NCBI GenBank assembly: GCA_038087875.1
Contig: CM075997.1
Coordinates: forward strand, 372,001-436,000
Reading direction: 5' to 3'
Source: Malacoraja senta
Taxonomy: Eukaryota
Length of the DNA stretch: 64,000 nucleotides
Numbering within the stretch: position 1 is the first letter of the stretch; every line of letters begins with the position of its first letter. The translations under genes and the position numbers were made by a program. The notes under the pieces are model-generated. The model searched no databases and was not told where the DNA came from. It saw nothing but the letters and a program-made list of their open reading frames with translations. Below are positions 1 through 12,159 of this stretch, one piece after another.

Positions 1-340
1 GTTTTTCCTCGTCTCCGTTCTAAATGTCCTACCCCTTATTCTTAAACCGTGGCCCCTGGTTCTGGACTCCCCCAACATCGGGAACATGTTTCCTGCCTCT
101 AGCGTTTCTAATCCCTTAATAGTCTTAAATGTTTCAATAAGATATCCTCTCATCCTTCTAAATTCCAGTGTATACAAGCCGAGTCGCTCCATTCTTTCAA
201 CATATGACAGTCCTGCCATTAACCTCGTGATCCTACGCTGCACTCCCTCAGCAAGAATGTCCTTCCTCAAATTTGGAGACCAAAACTGCACACGATACTC
301 CAGGTGTGGTATCACTAGGGCCCTGTACAACTGCAGAAGC
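1..340 (-). mobile_element. CR1-type LINE ORF2 C-terminal fragment
   Basis: Antisense to the LQLYRALVxPHLEY..VQFWSP..TRGH region seen in the other CR1 copies of the window. Confidence 0.85.
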
Positions 341-482
341 AAGTTCTGACCCGAAACGCCACCCGTTCCTTCTCTCTGAAGATGCTGCCTGTCCCACTGA
401 GTTACTCCAGAATTTTGTGTCTACCTTCTATATATATGTTTTATCCTCTGTCGTGATAATGTGCCTATCTGTTCTGTCGCAG

Positions 483-630
483 GTGGTCAAAGTAAAACCA
501 AATGACAAGGATGCAAAAATGAAATACCAAGAATGCAATAAAATCGTCAAGCGGAAAGCGTTTGAGCGTGCAATAGCAAATGATGAGCTGAAGAGATCGG
601 TGGTAGACTCTTTGGATATAGAGAGCATGA
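483..630 (+). CDS. PPP5C: PPP5C exon (human exon 3 equivalent), end of TPR region and linker
   Basis: AG at 481-482, GTAAGT at 631; translates VVKVKPNDKDAKMKYQECNKIVKRKAFERAIANDELKRSVVDSLDIESM, near-identical to vertebrate PP5. Confidence 0.97.
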
Positions 631-2700
631 GTAAGTATCCAAGATGGTTGGCTTTTAATATGGAGACCGTCATGTTCTGCTTTATTTAACCCTTGAACTC
701 TTGGAATGAGTTAACACAACCTGTAGCTATTTGGCCCGTTTCCATTCACTGTCTTGGAGGGCAGGCATGGACCTAATTTGGCACTGCTGCAGTTCCTCTC
801 CTTCCCCTCCCAATACCCCGTCCCCTCCACGGACAATGCCCCTCCAACCCACCAACCTGTCGAAGTACGGTGTCAGAGTCACACAGCGTGGAAACTGGCC
901 CTTCGGCCCACCTTGCCCGCGCCGGCCAACATGTCCCATCTACACTAGTCCCACCTGCCTGCATTTGGCCCATATCCCTCCAAACCTGTCCTATCCATGT
1001 AGCTGTCTAATTGTTTCTGAAACGTTGCAATAGTGTCTGCCTCAACTACCTCCTCTGGCAGCTCATTCCATACCCCCACCACTCTTTGTGTGTAAAAAGT
1101 TACCCCTCGGGTTCCTATTTTTTTCCCCCCTCACCTTAAACCTACAGTGCCCTCCATAATGTTTGGGACAAAGACCCGTCATTTATTTATTTGTCTCTGT
1201 ACTCCACAATTTGAGATCTGTAATAGAATGACCTTTAGAGCTAAGATGTTGAAGCCTCTGTCCCTGAAGCAAAGTTCTCTATGCTTCATACTCACAGCTG
1301 AAGAGAGAGCTGCCATGACACTCCATTCATTTCCACACAGAAATCAAATATTATCCTTTCCCAGTTATTAGACATTCCTAAAAAGGTATTTTCCACAGAA
1401 CATGCTATGTATTTCTCCCGATTGTCCTTCCTGTGTGAACGTGACTTCAGAACTACTTAATCAACTGTAAAGTACTTCAGAATACCTCAAAGAACCGTCT
1501 ATTGACTAAACTCAAGGCTTAGCACACATTATTACTCCATTGCGGTGCGGGCAGCTAAGAGTCACAGGCTGGTATGTCAGGCTTATTACCACACTTGTTA
1601 AGTGCTGTTCTTCACAATACCCTATCGGGGATTCTCTTTGTGTTTTTGGTTTCAAAATATACCCCAAATGCGAGCAGAGCACCAAGGCAAATTCCTTGTA
1701 TGTGTACATACTTGGCCAATAAACCTATTCATTCATTCATTCATTCAAATCTTTCTTACTGCATAGAACAGGTCCTCAGCCACAATGTCACAGAGTCATA
1801 GAGTGATACATTGTGGATACAGGCCCTTCGGCCCAACTTGCCCACACTGGACACTAGTCCCACCTGCCTGCGTTTGGTCTATATCCCTCCAAACTTGTCC
1901 TATCCATGTAATCAGATTTGCGAGACATGACCTCCCACGTACAAAACCATGCTGACTATCCCTAATCACCCCTTGCCCATCCAAATGCTTGTTATAACCT
2001 ATCCCTCAGGATACTCTCAGTAACTTTCTAACTACAGATGTTAAGCTCGACAGTTCCCAGCATTTTCCCTGCAGCCCACCTTGCATAGGGGGCACAACAT
2101 TTGCCACCCAGTCTGTGCCAAGCATGATACCAAGTTAAACTAATCTTCTCCCTCCATTCCCTGCATATCCATGTGCCTGTCTAATAGGCTTTTAAACACC
2201 ACTATCGTATCTGCCTCCACCACCACCCTTGGCAACGCGTTCCAGGCACCCACCACCCTCTGTGTAAAAATAACTTGCTCCGCGCATCTCCTTAAATCTT
2301 GAAGAAGCAAGGAACTGCAGCTGCTGCTTTACAAAAAGGAGACATAATGGTACTGGAGAACGAAGACACCAGCACTTTGTGCCTTTTCCCCTGAAATCCT
2401 CAATCTGATTACCCAGAAGTTTAAAATCAAATGCAATGAGATGACTCCTGCTCCCCCAAAGTCTGAAGAAGGGTCTCGACCCGAAACGTCACCTATTCCT
2501 TCTCTCCATAGATGCTGCCTCACCCGCTGAGTTTCTCCAGCATTTTTGTCCACCCCCAATGCTAACAGTAAGTTTTTCTTTTCCCCTGCCCCTCCATTTC
2601 TCCACCATCGTCAACCCACCCCACCCCGAATCTAACCTGTGTGGTAATTTTGCATGTGTTGCGATCTCTCATTCTCCTAGGACTTTGTTTTTGTGTTTAG

Positions 2701-2822
2701 CAATCGAAGGCGATTACACAGGTCCCAAACTGGAAGATGGCAAAGTCACTTTACAGTTCATGAAGGACTTAATGCAGTGGTTTAAAGACCAGAAGAAATT
2801 GCACAGAAAGTGCGCTTATCAG
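2701..2822 (+). CDS. PPP5C: PPP5C exon 4
   Basis: TTTAG|..|GTGAG; (T)IEGDYTGPKLEDGKVTLQFMKDLMQWFKDQKKLHRKCAYQ; phase matches the previous exon. Confidence 0.97.
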
Positions 2823-3040
2823 GTGAGAGACTCTCCTTTCACACTGGATTAGGTGACAGTGTCAATCCCTTGCTGGAGTTTACTCTGACAGAGGTATCTA
2901 CATAAACAGTAATGTCAGCATGGGATAAGATTGCCCTTTATTCCTCTTGCTGATTAAACCACTTGCCTGGCGTAATCTCTTGGCTGTGTATGATGGGCCG
3001 AATGGTCTAGCTCTGCTCCTAGCACAGGGGGGGGGAGGGG

Positions 3041-3347
3041 GCGGCACGGTGGCGCAGCGGTAGAGTTGCTACCTTGCAGTGCTAGAGACCCGGGTTCGAT
3101 CCCGACTACGGGTGCTGTCTGTACGGAGTTTGTACGTTCTCCCCGTGACCTGCGTGGGTTTTCTCCGAGATCTTCAGTTTCCTCCCACACTCCAAAGACG
3201 TACAGGTTTGCTGGTTAATTGGCTTGGTGGAAGTGTAAATTGTCCCTAGTGTGGGTAGGATAGTGTTAATGTGCAGGGATCGCTGGTCGGCGCAGACTCG
3301 GTGGGCCGAAGGGCCTGTTTCCACGCTGTATCTCTAAACTAAACTAA
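3041..3347 (+). mobile_element. tRNA-derived V-SINE (HE1-like), near full length
   Basis: Pol III A box TGGCGCAGCGG (3050-3060), B box GGTTCGATCCC (3093-3103), V-domain core GGAGTTTGTACGTTCTCCCCGTG, LINE-like tail ending (TAAAC)n. Further copies at about 3525-3813(-), 8806-9100(+), 16580-16877(-), 37686-37978(+), 40955-41235(-), 50418-50715(+), 59428-59640(+). Confidence 0.85.
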
Positions 3348-4077
3348 TCACTTATGCATGTGCGCTTTCTTCAATTTAAGGAGGTGGGGTGATCTTGCTC
3401 TTTCTAACTGGGAGGGTGTGGCACTAAGACACCAAAGTCATCGGAGAACATTGGGGCCTGGCTTCGTTCCTCTGGTGAAGAGAAGACGTTTTTTTGAATC
3501 ATGGAGGGGTTTTTAGGGTAGATTTAGCTTCGGTTCAGTTTAGAGCTACAGCGTGGAAACAGGCCCTTCGGCCCACTGGTTCCGCGCCGACCAGTGATCC
3601 CCTGTATACTAGTTCTGTTCTACACACTCGGGGCACTTTACAGAAGCCAATTAACCTGCACGTCTTTGGAGTGTGGGAGGAAACCAGAGCACCCGGAGAA
3701 AACCCACGCGGTCACATGGAGAACGTGCAAACTCCACACAGACAGCACCTGCGGTCAGGATCAATCCCAGGTCTCTGGCGCTGGGAGGCAGCAACTCTAC
3801 CGCTGCGCCACCGTGTTTGATGGGACTGATGATCCTCATTCTGGAGGTGAGCAACCAAGATGAAGATGAGACAACCATAAATAAATCCAAGAGGGAATTC
3901 AGAAACAACTCCTTTACTCAGAGATTCGATGTGTTTATAGAACTTTAGTTAAGTGTGTTGCCAAGTACACAATTTGAGGTGAAGTATAAGAACAATTAAA
4001 ACCTTGCTCGCTGCAGCAACAGGCAGATGAACTCCGACAAACACGCAAAAAACATAAATCACACTAAATTTGATGTC

Positions 4078-4577
4078 AATTTGAGGAAGGACATTCTTGC
4101 TATTGAGGGAGCCCAGCGTAGGTTTACAAGGTTGATTCCCGGGATGGCGGGACTGTCATATGCTGAGAGAATGGAGCGGCTGGGCTTGTACACTCTGGAA
4201 TATAAGATTGTTAAGGGCTTGGACACGCTAGAGGCAGGAAACATGTTCCCAATGTTGGGGGAGTCCAGAACCGGGGGCCACAGTTTAAGAATAAGGAGTA
4301 AGCCATTTAGAACAGAGACGAGGAAACACTTTTTCTCACAGAGAACGGTGAGTCTGTGGAATTCTCTGCCTCAGAGAGCGGTGGAGGCCGGTTCTCTGGA
4401 TACTTTCAAGAGAGAGCTAGATAGGGCTCTTAAAAATAGCGGAGTCAGGGGATATGGGGAGAAGGCAGGAACGGGGCACTGATTGGGGATGATCAGCCAT
4501 GATCACATTGAATGGCGGTGCTGGCTCGAAGGGCCAAATGGCCTACTCCTGCACCTATTGTCGATTGTCTATTGTCT
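4078..4577 (+). mobile_element. CR1 LINE 3' fragment with (CTATTGT)n tail
   Basis: LRKDILAIEG..QRRFTRLIPG..KAGTG, 3'UTR, tail. Confidence 0.9.
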
Positions 4578-6265
4578 AATTCTGCAAGAAGAAGAAAAAA
4601 TATATTAATGCATACTACAATTAGAAAAATTAAACTTGCATTCCCTGCGATAGTTGTGGAGAACAGAGTAGATGTATTTACAGAAAAGCAAGATCAAAGC
4701 AGGCCTGATATTTTGGAATAGTATCCAGGTGGAAGAATTCGATGAGACAGGTTGGAAATAATATATTCAACAGCGTGAAGTAATTATGCTGAATAAGCTG
4801 TGTACATGCAGCAAGTTCCATTAATTTCAATGTAAATAATTCCCTCTGGGTGGTGGGACAGGGCCAGTAGCCCAGCTGTTTGTCATCTCCTAATGATTCT
4901 CCTGTAAGTCCTTTGCAAAGTCTTGCTGCGGTGAGTTGTAACATGGTTAATACATCGACTGCTGGAAATGTCACATTAGCCGGAGCAGCAGGGTCATGGA
5001 AACATCTGTCCCTGTTACGCTTCTGTAAACGGTAGACACAAAATGCTGGAGTAACTCAGCGGGTCAGGCAGCATCTCTGGAGAAAAGGGAATAGGTGACG
5101 TTTCAGGTCGAGACCCTTCTTCAGACCCATCAGATTATTAGAGTTATCAGATGCAAGTTCTCATGGTCTCAGGCTATCCTTGATCGGACTTTGCTGGCTT
5201 TACCTTGCACTAAACATTATTCCCTTATCATTTATCTATACTCTGTTTTGTAATCGTGTATTGTCTTTCCGCTGACTGGTTAGCATGCAACAAAAGCTTT
5301 TCACTGTACCTCGCTACACGTGACAATAAATTACACTAAACTGGTTAAGCCACATCGGTTGGTTTGTTTATATTTGAACACTGATAATGAAGAGATGCTG
5401 AATATTACAACAAAGAAATCTTTGAGAAGTATTGTTCTGTCGACCCAGTTCTTCTCCCTCCCCGTACTCATTTTATCGTTTAATAAATAATCGTATAATA
5501 AAAAGGAACTGCAGATGCTGGTTTAAACCGAAGATAGACACAAAATGCTGGAGTAACTCGGCGTGTCAGGCTCCATAAAGCGGAGACTCTCACCTTGGGT
5601 GCCGTCTATGTGGAGTTTGCACGTATCATTGTGACTGCAAGACTTTTGGCTGGGTGCCCCAGTTCCTTTCCACATCCCAATAAATGTGTTTGAGAAAGAA
5701 CTGCAGATGCTGGATGGACAGGTAGACACAAAAGCTGGACAAACTCAGCGGGTGAGGCAGCATCTATGGAGAGAAGGAATGGGTCGAATGACCCAAAACG
5801 TCACCCATTTCTTCTCTCCATTGATGCTGCCTCGCCCTCTGAGTTTCTCCAATAAATGTGTAGTTTAGTGGGTCTTCTTCTGTCGTGTGGCGTGCACAGC
5901 CTAAAGTTGTTGGACAACTTGTTCTATTTGATCTTCCGTTTGTGCACGTCGAGTTGATTGCATTAGTCGAAACAGTGAAGGTTGCAATCTTCCACCCCGT
6001 TTAGTGGGTCAATTGCCCCTTTGTGTGCAGGTAAGCGGTGGAATCTGGAAGGAATTGTGGACTGAATATAGTGGGATTAATGTAGGATCGGTGTAGAATA
6101 AATGGTTGGTTTTCATTAGAGTGGATTTGTTGGGCTGGAGCCCTGCTGTTTCCACGTCTTCACGGTAAGTCTGTGTGCCGTGGGAGTTTTGGATCAAGGA
6201 TTTAGTGTACTATATACAGTCACGCTTTCCACGCCCTGAGAATAACAGCTCACCTTTTCTTACAG

Positions 6266-6331
6266 ATACTGGTCCAGGTAAAGGAGGTGCTGTCAAAACT
6301 ACCTAGTCTGGTAGAGACCACAGTGGGCGAG
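6266..6331 (+). CDS. PPP5C: PPP5C exon 5
   Basis: TTACAG|..|GTAAG; ILVQVKEVLSKLPSLVETTVGE, 66 bp. Confidence 0.96.
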
Positions 6332-6885
6332 GTAAGGACTTAGCAGCGATCCGGCCACAATTATGGAGAAGAATGGGGCTAATTGGATACTTCTTTCATT
6401 GCACGGTGGCTCAGCGGTAGAGTTGCTGCCTTACAACGCCAGGGACCCGGGTTTGATTCTGACTACGGGTGCTGTCAGTACAGAGTTTAGACAATAGATG
6501 CAGGAGCAGGCCATTCGGCCCTTTGAGCCAGCACCACCATTCACTGTGATTACGGCTGATCATCCACAATCAGTACCCCGTTCCTGCCTTCTCCCCATAT
6601 CCCTTGACTCCGCTATCTTTAAGAGCTCTATCTAACTCTCCCTTGAACCCTAACATTCTCCCTGTGGATTTTCTCCGGGGTGCTCTGGTATCATCTCCCC
6701 TTCCAAAGACGTGCTGGTTTGTAGGTAAATTGATTTTGGGGTAAAAATTGGTCCTGGCGTAAGATAATATTAGTTTGTGGGGATCGCTGGTTGGTGCAAA
6801 CTTGGTGGGCCGAAGGGCCAGTTTCCATGCTGCATCTCTGAAGTCTAAAGCCACAGGAATGAAGGGCCAACAGCTACAATTTCAT

Positions 6886-7126
6886 AGGTACACAAAAATG
6901 CTGGAGAAACTCAGCGGGTGCAGCAGCATCTATGGAGCGAAGGAAATAGGCAACGTTTCGGGCCGAAACACTGAAGGAAATAGGCAACGTTTCAGGCCGA
7001 AACCCTTCCGGGTTTCGGCCCGAAACGTTGCCTATTTCCTTCGCTCCACAGATGCTGCTGCACCCGCTGAGTTTCTCCAGCATTTTTGTGTACCTTCGAT
7101 TTTCCAGCATCTGCAGTTCCTTCTTT
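6886..7126. mobile_element. Penelope-derived inverted (palindromic) repeat with 17-bp TSD
   Basis: AACAGCTACAATTTCAT at 6869-6885 and 7127-7143; the two arms are reverse complements. Confidence 0.8.
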
Positions 7127-7766
7127 AACAGCTACAATTTCATGGTCCTTTGACCTTTAGATCTATTCCTTGCCCCTCGAGTTATTTCTATTGGGGAACT
7201 AAGAAAACCTCAAGTAGATTGTCTTGCCTTTATGTCAGTACGTGGTTTCGACAATTGGTCAATAACTTTGTGTATCTTAGAAATGCCACGGCATACTGAC
7301 GCACCACTCTTGTACAAATGTTAAAATTAATTTCCCAGATGTCAATACCAGGGCTAAACTCTGAGGGGCATCAAAACAGCGCCAGGAATAGGATATGTGG
7401 AGAGGGAGATGAAGTCTCTAGACCATGTTCCCTATGCTGTACATTCTATGCTATTACTGAAGGTTTTATCCTCCCAGAGTTTTTATTTCTTACTTCTCAA
7501 TACTTTACTTAAAGGAAAACCTTTTGTCCTTTGTCCAGTTTTTAGTTGTAGTTTTTAGATTTAGAGATAGAGTGTGAAAACTGGCCCTTCAGCCGACGGA
7601 GTGTACTATAACCTGCAAACCTGCACCAACCAACGATCACCTGGTCACACTAATTCTATCCAACACACCAGGGATAATTTACAGAAGCCAAACAAACCCA
7701 CACGTCTTTGGGATGTGGGAGGAAACTGGAGCATCCGGAAAAAACCTACGCGGTCACAGGGAGAAC

Positions 7767-8520
7767 AATAGACAATAGGTGCAGGAGTAGGCCATTCGGC
7801 CCTTCGAGCCAGCACCGCCATTCAATGTGATCATGGCTGATCATCCCCAATCAGTATACCCCGTTCCTGCCTTCTCCCCATATCCCAAGACTCCGCTATT
7901 TTTAAGAGCCCTATCTAGCTCTCTCTTGAAAGCATCCAGAGAACCTGCGTCCACTGCCCTCTGAGGCAGAGAATTCCACAGACTCACCACTCTCTGTGAG
8001 AAAAAGTGTTTCCTCGTCTCCGTTCTAAATGGCTTACTCCTTATTCTTAAACTGTGGCCCCTGGTTCTGGACTCCCCCAACATTGGGAACATGTTTCCTG
8101 CCTCTAGCGTGTCCAAGCCCTTAACAATCTTATATGTTTCAATGAGAAACCCTCTCATCCTTCTAAACTCCAGAGTGTACAAGCCCAGCCGCTCCATTCT
8201 CTCAGCATATGACAGTCCCGCCATCCCGGGAATTAACCTTGTAAACCTACGCTGCACTCCCTCAATAGCAAGAATGTCCTTCCTCAAATTAGGGGACCAA
8301 AACTGCACACAATACTCCAGGTGTGGTCTCACTAGGGCTCTGTACAACTGCAGAAGGACCTCTTTGCTACTATATTTGATCCCCCTTGTTATAAAGGCCA
8401 ACATGCCATTGGCTTTCTTCACTGCCTGCTGTACCTGCATGCTTACTTTCATAGACTGATATACAAGGACCCCCAGATCCCGTTGTACTTCCCCTTTTCC
8501 CAACTTGACGCCATTTAGGT
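7767..8520 (-). mobile_element. CR1 LINE 3' fragment, ORF2 C-terminus open
   Basis: ORF 7841-8650: QRDLGVLV..VKKANGMLAFI..RPHLEYCVQFWSP. Confidence 0.92.
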
Positions 8521-9221
8521 ATTCTATGCTGTTACTGGCGCTGTGAGCCCACAGCCCAGCTGCTGCTCCATCGAGCCGCTCCTGTTCCTGCAATCCTGTC
8601 AGCTGGACGTAGAATTTAGCAGCCATCATGGGAACCATATTAAGATTCAAAGTTTAGTATGCCACTGGGACAGTTTATCGCCTCTCCTGATAAGCGCACG
8701 CTGAAGGCAGTCACCGTCATTTGCTGAGCACTGACTGAGAACTAAACAAAACCCCTCACACTCTGCAGACACCTTTTCTCAAACTCCTTGCTTTACAACC
8801 TTGCGGGCAGCACGGTGGCGCAGCGGGTAGAGCTGCTGCCTCACAGCGCCAGAGACCCGGGTAGGATCCTGACTACGGGTGCTGTCTGTACGGAGTTTGT
8901 ACGTTCTCCCCGTGACCTGCGTGGGTTTTCACCGAGATCTTCCATTTCCTCCCGCACTCCAAATACGTACAGGTTTATAGGTTAAATGGCTTGGTAGAAA
9001 TGTAAACTTGTTCCCAGTGTTGTTGATGTACGGGAATCACTGGCCAGTGCGGTCTCGGTGGGCTGAAGGGCCTGATTCCGTGCTGTATCTCTGAACTAAA
9101 ATAACCTAAGCTCTTTGATGCACCAATGATTCTAATGTAATTTGCATAAGTAGCGCTTATTCTGCTAACATTATTTAGAGTCTATTACATGTTATTACAA
9201 ACCTGTCCATTTCTCTTTCAG

Positions 9222-9320
9222 AAAGAGTTCATTACCATTTGCGGAGATATTCATGGGCAGTACTATGATATGTTGAATATATTTGAACTCAATGGATTAC
9301 CTTCGGAGACTAATCCTTAT
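9222..9320 (+). CDS. PPP5C: PPP5C exon 6 (GDxHG metal-binding motif)
   Basis: [46 protein letters not shown]. Confidence 0.97.
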
Positions 9321-10216
9321 GTATCCTACTTTTTGAATGGTGTTTTGAAGTGTAGTCCATAGACAAATTGTCCGCCAATGTGCAAGGCCTCTCTGTTAGA
9401 AATGAGCTTGTTCTCCATATTTGTTCACTAAACTATATTTGTAGTATAAAAATTAGTCAAATCAATAGAAGAATTCCCTGTTCTTCCTCTTCGCCATGGA
9501 CAGGGTAAATGCACAGTCTTTTACCCAGAGTAGGGGAATCGAGAACCAGAGGACATAGGTTTAAAGTGAAGGGGGAAAGATTTATTAACAACCTGAGGGG
9601 CAATGTTTTTTCACACAAAGGGTGGTGGGTATACGGAACGAGCTGCCGGAGGAGGTAGTTGAGGCAGGGACTATCACAATGTTTTAGAAACATATAGACA
9701 GGTACTGTACATGTATATGAAGGAACTGTAGATGCTGGTTTAAACGGAAAATAGGCACAAAACGCTGGAGTAACTCAGCGGGACAGGCAGCATCTCTGGA
9801 GAGAAGGAATGGGTGACGTGTCAGGTCGAGACCCTTCTTCAGACTGATCCGTCTGAAGAAGGGTCTCGACCTGAAACGTCATCCATTCCTTCACTCCAGA
9901 GATGCTGCCTGTCCCGCTGAGTTACTCCAGCGTTTTGTGTCCATCTTCACTTTTTGCATATCTTTCATTCATTTGTTCTACGTCTCTCTGTATCACCGTC
10001 TATATCTCTCATTTCACTTTCCCCTAACTCTCAGTCTGAAGAAGGGTCTCGACCCGAAACGTCACCCATTCCTTCTCTCCAGAGATGCTGCCTGTCCTTC
10101 TGAGTTACTCCAGCATTTTGCGTCTATCTTTGGTTTAAACCAGCATCTGCAGTTCCACGATGATGTTTGCTGTTCTCCTTTGCCATTCTGGTCCGATCCT
10201 TAACCTACACACGTAG
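9321..10216 (+). other. U12-type (minor spliceosome) GT-AG intron of PPP5C
   Basis: 5' splice site GTATCCTAC; branch box TCCTTAAC at 10197-10204 just upstream of AG 10215-10216; no polypyrimidine tract. Confidence 0.88.
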
Positions 10217-10322
10217 TTATTTAATGGTGATTTTGTAGACAGAGGCTCTTTCTCCGTGGAGGTTATATTAGTCCTCTTTGGATTCAAGCTGCTCTATCCA
10301 AATCACTTCCACGTTCTGCGAG
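10217..10322 (+). CDS. PPP5C: PPP5C exon 7 (GDxVDRG motif)
   Basis: [46 protein letters not shown]. Confidence 0.97.
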
Positions 10323-12015
10323 GTAAGGTTTTCTTTCTTCCTTACCCTGCGTTTTATTTGTAAGAGTAACTGCCATTTAATTGCCACCATTCACAACCTG
10401 TCAAAATGTTATGCTGCTAATGACATTACTTTAAAGTTAAGCCACGGCTGTAGTATTGGAAATCAGCAGTAAGTTAAGTACTTTAGACTTTAGAAATACA
10501 ACGCAGAGACAGGCCCTTCGGCCCACCGAGTCTGCGCCGACCAGTTATCACCTAGTACACTAACCTACTATGTAGTTAGTACACTAACCTACGCACCCTA
10601 TGAACGATGAATGAATGAATGAGTATTTTATTATCATGCGTTTGACGCCACTGGGCCTCTACTTGCTGGAGTTTGGAAGGATGAGGGGGGGTTCTCATTG
10701 AAACTTACAGAATAGTGAAAGGCCTGGATAGAGTGGATGTGGAGAGGATGTTTCCACTAGTGGGAGAGTCTAGGACCAGAGGCCACAGCCTGAATTAAAG
10801 GACGTTCTTTTAGGAAGGAGATGAGGAGGAATTTCTTCAGTCAGAGGGTGGTGAATCTGTGGAATTCATATGCCACAGATGGCTGTGGAGGCCAAGTCAA
10901 TGGTTATTTTTAGGGGCAGAGATAGATATATTCTTGATTAGTACGGGTGTCAGGGGTTATGGGGAGAAGGCAGGAGAATGGGGTTAGGAGCTAGATCAGC
11001 CATGATTGAATGGCCAAGTAGACTTGATGGGCCGAATGGCCTAATCCTGCTCGTAGAACATACGAGCAGGAGGGCGGGATCAGAGATCTGCGGGTTGTTG
11101 AGATCAACATGGAGGAGATCGCAAAACAAGGGTGAGAATCTCAAAATAACCCGAGGACGTACAACTCAGCATTGTGTGGTCATGATGATTTAATGGCCCG
11201 GTGCCTGCTACAGCGATGGTTGAAACGAGCTTCAGTTCAATTAGTTTATGTCCGTGCTCCAGGCACTGGGCTGCTTTTGAGAGAGTGAGGTCTTTGGTAG
11301 AGTGAGTGGAGGGAGGAAAATGGACGTGGGGAGGGGGAGCAGCTACAGAGAGGGGTGCCCGTCAACCAATGCGCAGCTCCTTTGCAGCTTGCCGCATTGC
11401 CTTGGGAGAAATACATTCCGGCAATTAAACTGTCTCATCGTGTCTTAACACATCCCTGTGAATGAAAACTGGTGTCTCGATAAATAGTTAGTTTTGTTTC
11501 TAGGGAGTTTAACACAACCTTGGAACACACCAAAATACTTGGCTGCAAAACCGTGTACTGGTGATGTGTTATGCCAGAGTAAAAGCCCGCAGTCAGTTAT
11601 CAACCCACAGACAGCGATCGGGTTGCCAACATTGATCGTGGACTGTAGCAGTTGTCAGGGCCACGGAATGTGTCACCTAAATTTGTGACTTTTGCCAATG
11701 TTACAAATATTGTATGACACATTTTTACACAAGCCTAACCCAACAGTTTATGGAACTCGATAACTCTAGTGACATAGTCTGGAGATTGTAGATTTAAGGT
11801 ATCTACATGGGGGGAAAAGTTGTCTGAAGCATCGTGATTAATTCTAGTTCTGATAAGAATGAAAGCAGATGAGAATGGGAGATTTGGTTTCAATGTTAAG
11901 GGATAAAGTTGTAAAGTGCAGGGGAAGCTGGCCGGCATGGACTGGGTGGGCCGAAGGGCCTGTTTCCACTCTGTATCCCTGAACTAAACTTAAAATTAAC
12001 AAGAGGTTTGTGCAG

Positions 12016-12159
12016 GTAACCACGAAACAGACAAACATGAACCAAATGTATGGTTTCGAGGGTGAGGTGAAGGCCAAATATACGTCGCAGATGTTTGAGC
12101 TCTTCAGCGAGGTGTTCCAGTGGCTGCCCCTAACTCAGTGTATTAACAGTAAAGTTCTG
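12016..12159 (+). CDS. PPP5C: PPP5C exon 8 (GNHE motif), with an apparent 1-bp insertion at 12033-12035
   Basis: GCAG|(G)NHETD then, after an extra [48 protein letters not shown]; 144 bp where the flanking phases require 143. Confidence 0.93.

Noticed and set aside
86..349. Numerous short antisense ORFs of type MFPASSVS.. or MIMADHP..
   Set aside because: Reverse-strand translations of CR1 and SINE repeats.
3041..3110. tRNA gene (A and B boxes)
   Set aside because: It is the tRNA-derived head of a V-SINE that continues into the SINE core; no complete cloverleaf.
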